From the human T2T-CHM13v2.0 reference genome, Homo sapiens, in NCBI RefSeq assembly GCF_009914755.1, contig NC_060945.1: DNA of 64,000 nucleotides. One strand, written 5' to 3'. Shown in pieces: positions 45,701 to 60,700 of this stretch (position 1 is its first letter; every line of letters begins with the position of its first letter). Both the position numbers and the translations under genes were made by a program. Under the pieces are notes generated by a model. It ran no database searches. It was given only the letters and a program-made list of their open reading frames with translations, and was not told the origin of the DNA.

Positions 45701-48700
45701 TGGACTCAAATGAAATCAAATGTAGTGGAATGGACTCGTATGGAATGGAATGGACACGAATGAAATGGAATGGAATGGAGTGGAATGGAATGGAATGGAA
45801 TGGAATGGAAGGGAATGGAGTTGAATGGAATAGAATGGAATGGACTCGAATGAAATGGAATGGAATGGAGTTGAATGGAATGCAATGGACTCAAATGGAT
45901 TGGAATGGCATGGACACGAATGGAATGAATTGGAATGGCATGGACAACAATGGAATGGAATGGACTTGAATGGAATGGACTAGAATGGAATAGAATGGAA
46001 TGGAATGGAGTTGAATGGAAGAGAATCGAAGGGAATGGAATGGACTTGAATGGAAGAGAAGCGAAGGGAATGTAATAGACTCGAATGAAATGGAATTGAA
46101 TGGACTCGAATGGAATGGGAAGGATTCGAATGGAATAGAATGGACTCGAATGGAATGGAATGGAATGGACTGTAATGGAATCGAATGGAATTCAGTGGAA
46201 TGGAAGTTAATGGAACGGAATGAAATGGAATGGACTTGAATCAAATAGTATGGAAACGAATGGAATGGACTCCAATGAAATGGAATGGAATGGACTCTAA
46301 TGGAATGGAATTGACTCGACTGGAATGGAATGAAATGGAATGGACTCAAATAAAATGGAGAGGAATGGATTCGAAAGGAATGGAAAGGAATTGACTACAA
46401 TGGAATGGAAAGGAATGGACTCAAATGGATTTGAATATAATGGAATGGAATAGAGTGGAATGGAATCGAATGGAATTCGAATGGAATTGAATGGACTCGA
46501 ATCAAATGGAATGTAATGGACTGGAATGGACTCGAAAGGAATGGAGTTGAAAGGAGTCTAATGGAATGGAATGGACTCGAATGGAATAGAATGGAATGGA
46601 ATGGAACTAAAAGGAAGGGAATTGAATGGACATGAAATGTATGGAATGCAATGGAACGGACTGGAATGGAATGGAAAGGAATGGATTGAAATGGAATGGA
46701 ATTGACGTTAATGGAATAGAATGGAATGGAATGGAATGTACTCGAATGGAATGGAATTGAATGGACATGAATGGAAAGGAATGAAGTGGAATGGAATGGA
46801 ATGGGATGGAATAGGATGGAATGGGATGGAATGGAATGGAATGAAATGGACTGGAATGGAATGGAATGGAATGGAGTGGAAAGGAAAGGAATGGACTTGA
46901 ATGGAATAGAATGGAGTGGAATGGAATGGACTCGAATGAAATTGAATGCAAAGGACTTGAAAGCAATGGAATGGACTTGAATGAAATGTAATGGATTGGA
47001 ATGGGCTCGAATTGAATGGAATGGAATGGACTCAAGAGGAATGGAATGGAATAGAGTCGAATGTAATATAATGGAATGGAATGAGCTCGAATGGAATGGA
47101 ATGGAGTGGAATGGAATGGACTAGAATAGAATGGAATGGAATGGAATGGACTTGAATGGAGTAGAAAGGAATAGAAGGGAATGGATTCGAATGAAATGGA
47201 ATGGAATGGATTCGAATGGAATGGACACGAGTGTAATGGATTGGAATGGACTCAAGTGGAATGGAATTGAATCGAATGGAATGGAGTGGAATGGATTCGA
47301 ATGGAATGGAATGGAATTGAATGGACTCGAGTTGAATGGAATGTAATGGTAAGGAATGGGCTCGAATGGAATGGAATGGAATGGAATCAAAGGGACTCGA
47401 ATGAAATGGAATGGAATGGAATGAACTCGAATTAAATGTGATGGAATGTAATGGAATGGAATGGACACAAATGGTATGCAGTGGAATTGAATTGACTCGA
47501 AAGGAATGGAATGGAATGGAATGGACTCGAAAGGAAAAGAATGGAATGGAATGGAGTGGAATGGAATGGAATTGAGTGGAATGGAATAGAATGGAATGGA
47601 ATGGACTCCAATGGAATGGAATGGTCTCGAAGGTAATTGAATGGAATGAAAGCGACTCAAATGGAATTGAATGGAATGGAATGGACTCTAATGGGATAGA
47701 ATGGAATTGAATGGATTCTAATGGAATCGAATGCGCTGGAATGGATTGCAGTTGAATTGAATGGATCTGAAAAGAATGGAATGGAATGGTCTGCAATAGA
47801 ATGGAATGGAGTGGAATGGAATGGAATGGAACAGAATGGACTTGAATGGGATGCAAAGGAATGGACAGGAGTCTAATGGAATGGAATGGAATGGACCCAA
47901 ATGGAATGGAATGGAATAGAATGAAATGGAATGGAATGGACTTGAATGGAATGTAATGGACACGAATGGAATGGAATGGAAGGGGATGGAATGGAATGGA
48001 ATGGAATGGAAAGGAATGGACCAGAATGGAATGCAATGGAATGGACTGGAATGGAATGGAATGGTATGGAAAGGAATGGACTTGAATGGAATGGATTGGA
48101 ATGGACTCGAAAATAATGGAATGGAATAGATTCGAACGGAATGGAATGGACACAAATGGAACGGAATGTAATGGAATGCACTCGAATGGAATACAATGGA
48201 ATTAAATTGAATATGCTCTAATGGAATGGAATGGAATGGAATGGACTAGAATGGAATGGAAAGAAATAGAGTCGAATGGATTGGAATGCAATGGAATATA
48301 CTCAAATGGAATTTAATGGAATGGACTAGAATGAAATTGAATGGACTGGAATGGAATGCAGTTAAATTGAATGGACACGAAAGCAATGGAATGGATTGGA
48401 ATGGAATGGAATGGAATGAAATGGAATGAAATGGACTCAAAAGGAATGCAATGGGATGGAATAGACTCGAATGGAATGGAGTGGAATAGAATGGAAAGGA
48501 CTCGAATGGAATGGAATGGACACGAATGGAATGGAATGGAATCGACTCAAACTGAATGGAATGGACTCGAATGGAATGGAATAGAATGGAATTGAGTCTA
48601 AAGGAATTGAATGGAATGTACCCGAATGGAATGGAATGAAATGGATTGTTCTCGAAAGGAATGGAATGGAAGGAATGGAATGGAATGGAATGGAAGGAAT

Positions 48701-51700
48701 GCAATGGAATGGAACGGAATGGAATCGAATAGAATGGAGCCGAAGGGACTCGAATATAATGGAATGGAATTGAATGGACTGGAATGGAATGGAATGTAAA
48801 GAAATGGAATGAACTCGAATGGAATGGAATGTAATGGAATGAAATGTACTCGAACGGAATGGAATGGAATGCAATGGACTCGAGTGGAATGGTATGGAGT
48901 GGCATGGAATGGCATGGAATAGAATGGAAATGACTGAAATGGAATGCAGTTGAATTGAATTGACCTGAAAGGAATGGAATGGAATGGAATGGAATGCAGT
49001 GGAATGGAAAAGAAAGGAATGAAATGCACTCGAATGGAATGGAACGGTACAGAATGGACTCAAATGAAATGGAATGGACCCAAACGAAATGTAATGGAAT
49101 GTAATTGACTCCAGTGCAATGGAATGGAATGGACTCGAATGAAATGGCATGCAGTGGAATGGACTGGAATCGCATGCAATGGAAAGGAATAGACTCAAAT
49201 GGAATGGAAGGGAATGGAATGGACTCTAATGTAATGGAATGGACACGAATGGAATGGAAAGGAATGGAATAGAGTTTAACAGAATGGAATGACATGGATT
49301 GGAATATAATGGAATGGAATGGAATGGACTCAAATGGAATGTAATGGAATGGACTCGAATGGAATAGAAAGGAATTTACTGTATTGGAGTCTAATGGAAT
49401 GGACTCAAATGTAATGCAAAGGAATGGAATCGAATGGAATCAAATGGAATCGAATGGATTCAAAGGGAATGAAATGGAATGGAAAGGAATGGAATGAAAT
49501 GGAATGGAATTGTGCTGAATGGAATAGAATGGAATGGAATGGACTCGAATGAAATGGAATGGAATGGAGTCGAATAGAATGGAATGGACTCGAATGGAAT
49601 GGAATGGACTCAAGTGGAATGGAAATAAATAGCTTCGAGTGCAATAGAAGGTAATGGAATGGACTCGAAAGGAATTTAATGGAATGGAGTCGAATGGAAT
49701 GGAATGGAATGGAACGGAATATACTTGTATGGAATAGAAATGAAAGGAATGGAATGGACTCGAATGAAATTGAATAGAATGGAAAGGAATGTAATGGACA
49801 CGAATAGAATGGAATGGAAACAACTAGAGTGAAATGGAATGGTATGGAATTGAATGCACTCAAATGGAACGGAATGGAATTGACACTAATGGAATAGAAA
49901 GGAATGGACTCCAATGGAATGCAATGGAGTGGAATGGACTCTAATGGAACGGAGTGGAATGGATATGAACGTAATGGAATGGATTGGAATGGAATGGAAT
50001 GGAATGGACTTGAATGGAATAGAATGGAAAGGAATGGAATGGACTAGAATGAAATGGAAAATAATGGACTCGAATGGAATGGAATAGACTCCAATGGATT
50101 GGAATGGAATGGACTCAAAAGGAATGGAATGGAATGGAATGGACTCAAGTGGAATGGAATGGAATGGACTCGAATGTAATAGAATGGAATGGAATAGAAT
50201 GGAATGGAATGGACTCGAATGGAATGCAATGGACATGAATGGAAAGTAATGGAATGGAATAGAATGGACTGTAATGGAATCGAATGCAATGCAATGGAAT
50301 GGAATGGAATGGAAAGGAATGGACTTGAATGGAATAGATTGGAAACGAATGGAATAGACACGAATGAATTGGAATGGAACAGAATCTAATGGAATGGAAT
50401 TGACTTGACTGGAATGGAATGAAATGGAATGGACTCAAGTGGAATGGAGTGGAATGCAAACGAAAGGAATGGAATAGAATTGACTAGAATGGAATAGAAA
50501 GGAATGGACTCGAATGGATTGGAATATAATGGAATGGATTCAAATGGAATTAAGTTAAATGGAATCGAAAGGAATTCGAATGGAATTGAATGGACATGAA
50601 TGGAATGGAATGGAATGGAATGGACTCGAAAGGAATGGAGTGGAAATGACATGAATGGAATGGAATGGACTCGAATGGAATGGAATGGACTTAAGTGGAA
50701 TAGAATGGAATGGACTCAAATTGAATGGAATGGACTCGAATGGAACAGAATGGAATGGAATGGAATGTACACGAATGGAATGAAATTGAATGGACAAGAA
50801 TGGAATGGAATGGAATGGAATGGAAAGGAATGGCACGGAATGGAATGGAATTGACTGGAATGGATAGCAATGGACTTAAATGGAATACAATGGAGTGGAA
50901 GGGAATGGACTCGAATGAAATGGAATGGAAAGGACTTGAAAGCAATGGAATGGACTCGAATGGAATGTAATGGATTGGATTGGAATGGACTTGAATGGAA
51001 TGGAATGGAATGAACTCAACAGGATTGGAATGGAGTAGACTCAAATGGAATATAATGGAAAGGATTGGGCTCGAGTGGAATGGAATGGACATGAATGGAA
51101 TGGAATAGGGTGAAATGTAATGGATTATAAAGGAATGGAATGGACTTGAATGGAATAGAATGGAATGGAAAGGAATGGACTCAAATGAAATGGAATGGAA
51201 TGGACTTGAATGGAATGGAATGGACACGAGTGGAATGGAATGGAATGGACTCGAAAGAATGGAATGGAATTCAATTGAATAGAATGGAAAAGAACAGGAA
51301 GGAATGGAATGGAATGGAATGGACTCGAACGGAATGGAGTGGAATGGATTCGAATGGAATGGAATGGACTCGTATTTAATGGAATGGAATGCAATGACAG
51401 GGACTCAAATGAAATGGAATGGAATGAAATGTACTCGAATTTAATGCAATGGATTGTAATGGAATGGAATGGAATCAAATGGTATGGAATGGAATTGACT
51501 GGAATCGAAAGGAATTGAACAATATAGAATGGACTCAAAAGGAATGGAATGGAATTGAATGGAATGGAATGGAATGGAATGGACTCGAATGGAAGGGAAT
51601 GGAATGGACTCCAAAGGAATGAAATAGTCTTGAAGGGAATAGAATGGAATGAAAACGACTAGAGTGGAATGGAATGGAATGCAATGGACTCTAATGGGAT

Positions 51701-54700
51701 AGAATGGGATTGAATGGACTCTAATGGAATGCAATAGTATGGAATAGAACGGAATGGACTGGAATGGAATGGAATGCAGTTGAATTGAAAGGATCCGAAA
51801 AGAATGGAAAGGAATGGAATAGAATGGAATGGAATGCGAAGGAATGGAATTGAGTGGGATGGAATGGAGTGGAAAGGACTCTAATGGAATGGAATGGAAT
51901 GGACTCGAATGGAATGGAATGGAAGAGAATGGACTTGAATGAGATGGAATGTAATGGAAAGGACTCTAATGGAATGAAATGTAATGGACCCAAATTAATG
52001 GAATGGAATGGAATGGAATGGAAAAGGTATGGAATGGAATTGACCCGAATGGAATGGAATGGACTCAAATGGAATGAAATGTAATGTAATGGAATGGAAG
52101 GGACTCGAATGGAATGGAAGGGAATGGACTCGAAAGGAATGGAATAGAATGGAAAGGAATGGAATGGATTCTAATGGAAAGGAATTGAAAGGAAACAACT
52201 TGAGTGAAATGGAATAGTATGGAATGGAATGCACTCAAATGGAATGGAATGGAATGGAATCTAATGGAATCGAAAGGAATGGACTCCAATGGAATTGAAT
52301 AGAGTGCAGTAAACTCGAATGGAATGGAGTGGAATGTATATGAATGGCATGGAATGGAATGGATTGGAATGGAACGGAATGGACTTGAATGGAATAGAAT
52401 GGAAGGGAATGGAATGGACTCGAAGGAAATGGAAAAGAATGCACTTGAATGGAATGTAATGGACTCAAATGTATTGTAATAGAATGGACTCGAATGGAAT
52501 GGAATGCAATGGAATGGACTCAAGTGGAATGCAATGGACTCGAATGGAATAGAATGGACTCGAATGGAATGGAATGGACACGAATGGAAAGTAATGGAAT
52601 GGAATGGAATGGACTCTAATGGAATCGAATGGAAAGTAATGGAATGGAATGGAATGGAGTGTAATGGAATGGAATGGAGTGGAATGGAATGGAAAGGAAT
52701 GGACTTGAATGGAATAGATTGGAAACGAATGGAATAGACTCGAATGAATTGGAATGGAATGGACACCAATGGAATAGAATTGACTCGACTGGAATGGAAT
52801 GAATTGGAGTGGACTCAGATGCAATGGAGTGGAATGGATTCGAATGGAATCGAATGGAATTGAGTAGAATGGAATAGAAAGTAATGGACTCGAATGGATT
52901 GGAATATAATGGAATGGACCCAAATGGAATGGAGTGGAATGGATTCGAAAGGAATTCGAATGGAATTGAATGGATTTGAATTGAATGGAATGGACTAGAA
53001 AGGAATGGAGTGGAATGGACTCGAATGGAATTTAATGGACTCGAATGGAATGGAATGGACCGTAATGGAATGGAATGGAATTGAGTGGAATGGAATTGAG
53101 TGGAATGGAATTTAATGGAATGGAGAGGAATGGAATGGAATGGAATGGAATGGAATGGAATGGAATGGAATGGAATGGAATTCAATAGAATGGACTGGAA
53201 TGGAATGGAATGGAATGGAATTCAATAGAATGGACTGGAATGGATTGGAATTGAAAGGAATGGAATGGTCTTGAATGCAGTGGAATGGACTCCAATGGAA
53301 TGGAATGGAATGCAATGGAATGGACTCGAATGTATTTGAGTGGAATTTACTGGATTGGAATCTAATGTTATGGACTCTAATGGACTGGAATGGAATGTCC
53401 TCAAATGGAATAGAATGGAATGGAATGGACTTCAATGGAAAGGAATGGAATGGACATGAAACGTATGGAATGGAATTGGATGGAATGGAATGGACTGGAA
53501 TGGAAGGGAATGGAATTGATTGGAATGGAACGCAATGGACTTGAATGAAATAGAATTGAATGGAATGGAATGGACACGAATGAAATTAAAAGGAAAGTAT
53601 TCAAATGCAATGCAATGGACTCGAATATAATGGAATGGAATGGAATCAAATCGAATGGAACAGAATGGAATGGAATGGAATGGAATGGAATGTACTTGAA
53701 TGGAACAGAATGGAATGTAATGGAATTTACTCAAATGGAATCGAATTGAATGGACACGAATGGAAAGGAATGAAACGGAATGGAATGGAATGGAACGGAA
53801 TGGAATGGAATGGACTGGAATGGAAAGGAAAGGACTTGAATGCAGTACAATGGAGTAGAAGGGAATGGACTCGAATTAAATGGAATGGAAAGGACTTGAA
53901 AGTAATGCAATGGATTCAAATGGAATGTATTGGAATGGAATGGACTCCAATGGAATGGAATGGAATGGACTCAAGTGGAATGGAATGGAATAGACTCGAA
54001 TAGAATATAATGGAAAGGATTGGGCTCGAATGGAATGGAATGGACACGAATGGAATGGAATAGAGTGAAATGGAATGGACTGGAATGGAATGGACTTAAA
54101 TGGAATACAATGCAATGGAAAGGACTGAACTGGAATGAAGTGGAATGGAAAGGACTTGAATGGAATGCAATGAACACGAGAGGAATGGAATGGAATGGAC
54201 TCGAATGGAATGGAATGGACTCGAATAGAATGGAGTTTAATGGATTCAAATGGAATGGAATGGAATTGAATGGACTCGAGTCTAATGGAATGTAATGGTA
54301 TGTAATGGACTCGAATGGAATGGAATGGAATGCAATCAAAGGGACTCGAATGAAATGTAATGGAATGGAGTTGAATTTAATGCAATGGATTCTAATGGAA
54401 CGGAATGGATTCAAATGTTACGGAACAGAATTGAATGGACTTGAAAGGAATTGAATGGAATGGAATGGACTCGATAGGAATGGAAAGGAAGGGAACCGAA
54501 TCGAATGGAAGGGAATGGAATGGAATCCAATGGAATGAAATGGTCTCGAAGGGAATGGAATGGAATGAAAATGACTCGAGTGGAATGGAATGGAATGGAA
54601 TGGAATGGAATGGAATGGAATGGAATGAAACGAAATGGACTCTAATGGGATAGAATGGCATTGAATGGACTCTAATGGAATGGAATGGAATGGACTGGAA

Positions 54701-57700
54701 TGAAATGCAGTTGAATTGAATGGATCTGAAAGGAATGGAACAGAATGGAATAGAATGGAATGGAATGGAATGGAATGGACTTGAATGGGATGGAATGGAA
54801 TGGAATGAAATGGACTCGAATGGAATACAATGGAATTTAAATGAATAGAATCTATTGGAATGGAATGGAATGGTCTCGAATGGAATAGAATGGAATAGAC
54901 TCGAATGGAATGGAATTAAATAGAATACAATGGACACGAATGGAATGGAATGGAATGCAATAACATGGAATGGTATGGATTGGAATGGATTTGAATGGAA
55001 CAGAATGGGAGGGAATGGAATGAATTCAAAAGGAAAGGAATGGAACGGAATGCAATGGAATGGAAAGGCCACGAGTGGAATGGAATGGAATGAAATAGAA
55101 TAGATTGCAATTTAGTGAAATGCACTCTAAATGAATTGAATGGAATGGACTTGAATGCAATAGAATGGAATGGAATCGAATGGAATGAAATGGAATGGAC
55201 TTGAATGGAAAAGAATAGAATGGAGTGGAACGGAATGGATTAGAATGGAATTGAGTTTAATAGACTCGAATGGAATGGAATGTAAGTAAAAGGACAGGAA
55301 TGGAAAGGAATGTAATGGAATGGAATGGAAAAGAATGGTATGGAAAGAATGGAATGCAATAGAATGGAATGGAATGGATTGGAATGGAATGGACTCGAAT
55401 GGAATGTAATGGAATCGACCCAAATAGAATGTAAAGGAATGGAATAGACTCGAAAGGAATGGAAAGGAATGGAATGGACTCGAATGGAATGGACTCGAAG
55501 GGAATGGTATGTAATGGCATCCAATGGAATGGAATGGAATGGACTCTATTGAAATAGAATGTACCCAAATGGAATGGAATGGAGTGGAATGGAATGGAAT
55601 GCAACGGAGAGGAATGGAGAGGAATGGAATGGAATGGAGAGGAATGGAATGGAATGGAATGGAATAGATTGGAATGGAATTGATTGGAATAGAATGGAAT
55701 GGAAAGGAATGGACTCAAACGGAATGGAATGCGGTCGAATGGAATGAAATGAAATGGAATGACCTCGAATGGAATAGAATGGAATTTACTGGATTGGAAA
55801 CCAATGGAATGGACTCGAATGGAATGGAATGGAATGGACTCGAATGGAATGGAATGGTATGGACTCGAATGGAATTAAATGGAATGGGATGGACTCGAAT
55901 GGAATGGAATGGAATGGACTCAAATGGAAAAAGAGTGGATTGGAACGGCCTCGAATGAAATGGAATGGAATGGAGTCAAATGGAATGGTATGGACTCAAA
56001 CGGAGTGGAGCCGAATGGATTCGAATGGAATGGACTGGAATGGAATGGAATGAATTCGAATGGAATGGAATGGAATGGAATGAAATGGACTCAAATGGAA
56101 TGGCATGGAAAGGACTCGAATGGAATGGAAAGAAATGGAATGGAATGGAATGAAATAGAATGGACCCGAAGGAAATGGAATGGAATAGAGTCGATTTGAA
56201 TGAAATGGAATGGAATGGTCCCGAATGAAATGGAATGCAGTGGAATCGACTGGAAAGGCATGAAATGGAATGGAATAAACTCGAATGGAATGGAATGGAG
56301 TCGAATGGAACGTAATGGAATGGACCCGAATGGAATGGAATGTAATGGAATAGAATAGAATGGAACAGAATGGATTGGAATAGAATGGAATTGAAAGGAG
56401 TGGACTCAAGTGGAATGGAATGGAATGGACTCGAATGGAATAGAATGGAATTTACTGGATTGGAATCCAACGGAATTGACTCTACTGAAATAGAGTGGAA
56501 TGGACTCAAATGGAATGGAATGGAATGGAATGGCATGGAATGGAATGGAATGGAATAGAGTTGAATGTAATAGAACGGAATGGAAAGGAATGGACTGTAA
56601 TGAAATGGAATGGAATGGAGACGAATGGAATGGAATAGAATGGAACAGAATGGAATGGACTCGAAAGGAATGGCATGGACTCAAATGGAATGCAATCAAA
56701 TGGACTCAAATGCAATAGAATGGAATGGAATGGAATGGAGTGTAATGGAAAAAAATGGAATGCAATGGAATGGACTTGAGTGGAAGAGAATGGAAAGGAA
56801 TAAAATGGACTCGAATGACATGGAATAGAATGGAATCAAATGGAATGGAATGGACTCTAGTTGATTTTAATGGAATAGAATGGACTCGATTGGAATGGAG
56901 TGGAATGGAGTGGAATGGGTTTCAATGGAATGGAAGGGAATTGAATGGATTCGTGTAGAACGGAATGTAATGGTATGGAATGGACTCAAATGGAGAGGAA
57001 GGAAATGGAATGGAATGGAAAGAAATGGACTCGAGAGGAATGGGATGGAATGGAATGGAATGAAATGGAATGGAATTGAATATAATTTAATGGATTGGAA
57101 TGGAATGGAATGAAATCAAATGCAATGGAATGTACTCGAATGGAATGGAATGGAAAGGACTCAAATGGAATAGAATGGAATTGTCCGGATTGAAATCTAA
57201 TGGTATAGACTCGAATGGAATGGAATGGACTCAAATGGAAGAGAATGGAATGGAATGGACTCAAGCGGAATGGAATGGTATGGACACAAAATGTATGGAA
57301 TGGAATGGGATGGAATGGAATGGATTGGAATGGACGGAATGGAACAGAGTGGAATAGAATGGAATGGACTTGAATGGAATAAAATGGAATGGAAAGGAAT
57401 GGACTAGAATTAAATGGAATGGAGAAGACTGAAATGCAATGGAATGGACTTGAATGGAATGGAATGGAATGGATAGGACTGAAATGCAATGGAATGGACT
57501 GGAATGGAATATAATGGAATGGAATGGACTCGAATGGAATGGAATGGAATGTACTCAATTGGAATGGAATGGACTCGAATGAAATGGAATGCAGTGGAAT
57601 GTAGTAGAATGGCATGCATTGGAATGGAATACACTCTAATGGAATGGAATGGAATGGAATCGAATCAAATGGAATCGAATGGACAGGAATGGAATGGACC

Positions 57701-60700
57701 CGAATGGAATTGAAAGGAATGGAATGGAGAGGAATAGAAGGGCATTGAATGGATTGGAATGGAATGGAATGGAATGAAATGGAATAAAATGGAATGGGAT
57801 GGACACAAATGGAATGGAATGGACTCTAATGGAAGAGAGTGGATTGGAATGGACTCGAATGGAATGGTTTAGATTCGAACGGTGTGGAGACGAATGGATT
57901 AGAAAGGATTGGACTAGAATGGAATGGAATGAACTCGAGTGGAATGCAACGGAATGGAATGAAACGGACTCAAATGGAATGGCATTGAATGGACTCGAAT
58001 GGAATGGACTCGAATGGAATGGAATGGAATGGAATGGAATTGAATGAAAAGGAATGGAATGGAATGGAATGGAGCCGAATGAAATGGAATGCAGTGGAAT
58101 CGACTGGAATGGCATGAAATGGAATGGAATAAACTCGAATGGAATGGAATGGATTCGAATGGAAGGTAATGGAATGGACCCGAATGGAATGGAATGTAAT
58201 GGAATAGAATAGAATGGAACAGAATGGATTGGAATAGAATGGAATTGTATGGAGTAGACTCAAGTGGAATGGAATGGAATGGACTTGAATGGAAGAGAAT
58301 GGAATTTACTGGATTGGAGTCTAACGGAATTGACTCTACTGAAATGGAATGAAATGGACTCGAATGGAATGGAATGGAATGGAATGGAGTAGAGTTGAAT
58401 GCAATAGAACGGAATGGAAAGGAATGGACTCTAATGAAATGGAATGGAATGGAGTCGAATGGAATGGAATAGAATGGAACGGATTGGAATGGACTCAAAT
58501 GGAATGAATGGAATGGACTCAAATGCAATAGAATGGAATGGAATGGAATGGACTCGAATGGAATGGACAGGAATGGAATGGAATGGAATGGAATGGAGTG
58601 TAATGGAATGGAATGGAAAGCAATGGAATGGACTTGAGTGGAATAGAATGGAAAGGAATGGAATGGACTCTAATGACGTGGAATAGAATGGAATCAAATG
58701 GAATGGAGTGGAATCTAGTTGAATTTAATGGAGTAGAAAGGACTTGATTGGAATGGAGTGGAATGGAGTGGAATGGCTTTCAATGGAATGGAAGGGAATT
58801 GAATGGATTCGAGTGGAACAGAATGTAGTGGTTTGGAATGGACTAAATGGAGTCGAAACAAATGGAATGGAATGGAATGAAACGGACTCAAAAGGAATGG
58901 AATGAAATGGAATGGAATGGAATGGAATGGAATGGAATGGACTCAAATGCAATGGAATGTACTCGAATGGAATGGAATGGAATGCAATGGAAAGGACTCA
59001 AATGGAATAGAATGGAATTTTCCGGATTGAAATCTAATGGTATGGAATCTAATGGAATGGAATGGAACGGACTCCAATGGAAGAGAGTGGAATGGAATGC
59101 ACTCGAATGGAAGAGAATGTAATGGAATGGACTCAAAGGGAATGGAGTAGAATGAACACGAAATGTATGGAATGGAATGGGATGGAATGGAATGGACTGA
59201 TATGGAAGGAATCGAACGGAGTGGAAAAGAATGGAATGCAATTGAATGGAATAAAATGGAATGGAAAGCAATTGACTAGAATGAAATGGAATGGATAGGA
59301 CTGAAATGCAATGGAAAGGACTCGAATGGAATGGAATGGATAGGACTGAAATGCAATGGAATGGACTCGAATGGAATATAATGGAATGGAATGGAATGGA
59401 CTCGAATGGAATGGAATGGACTCAAATGGAATGGAATGGACTCGAATGAAATGGAATGCAGTAGAATGTAGTAGAATGGCATGCATTGGAATGGAATATA
59501 CTCTAATGGAATGGAATGGAATGGAATGGAATCGAAAGGACAGGAATGGAATGGACCCAAATGGAATTGAAAGGAATGGAATGGAATGGAGAGGAACGGA
59601 AGGGCATTGAATGGATTGGAATTCAATAGAATGGAATGAAATGGAATAAAATGGAATGGGATGGACTCGAATGGAATGGAATGGAATGGACTCTAATGGA
59701 AGAGAGTGGATTGGAATGGACTTGAATGCAAAGGAATGGAATGGACTCTAATGGAATGGTTTGGATTTGAACAGTGTGGAGACGAATGGATTCGAATGGA
59801 ATGGGCTGGAATGGAATGGAATGAACTCAAATGGAATGGAATGGAATGGAATGAAATGGACTCAAATGGAATTGCATGGAATGGACTCGAATGGAATGGA
59901 ATGGAATGGAATGGCGTGGAATGGAATGGAATGGACTCGAATGGAAAGCAGTTCAATTGAATGTACCTGAAACGTATGGATTGGAATGGAATGGAATGGA
60001 ATGAAATGGATTCGAATGGAATGGAAAGGAATGGAATGGACTCAAATGAAATGGAATGGACCTGAATGGAATGGAATGCAATAAAATCGACTCGAGTGGA
60101 ATGTAATGCAATGGACTCGAATTAAATGGAATGCAGTGGAATGGACTGGAATGGCATGCAATGGAATGAAATAAACTTGAAAGGTAAGGAACGGAATAGA
60201 ATGGACTCGAAAGGATGGGAATGGAATGGACTTGAATGGAATGGAATGGAATGGAATAGAATGGAACAGAATGGATTAGTAGAGAATGGAATTGAATGGA
60301 GTGGACTCAAGTGGAATGGAATGGAATGGACTCGAATAGAATAGAATGGAATTTATTGGATTGGAATCTAACGGAATTGACTCTAACGAAATGGAATGGA
60401 ATAGACTCGAATGGAAGCGAACGGAATGGAATGGACTCGAACAGAATGGAATGGAATGGAACGGAATGGAATGGCATGGAATGGAATGCAATAGAATGGA
60501 ATTGATTGGAATGGACTCAAATAAAATGGAATGGAATGGAGTCAACTGCAATGGAATGGACTCGAATGGAATGGAAAGGAATGGACTCAAGTGGAATGCA
60601 ATGGAATGGAATCGAATGCAATAGAATGTAATGGAATGGACTCAAATGGAATGGAATGGAACGGAATCGAATGAAATAGAATGGAATGGAATGGACTGGA

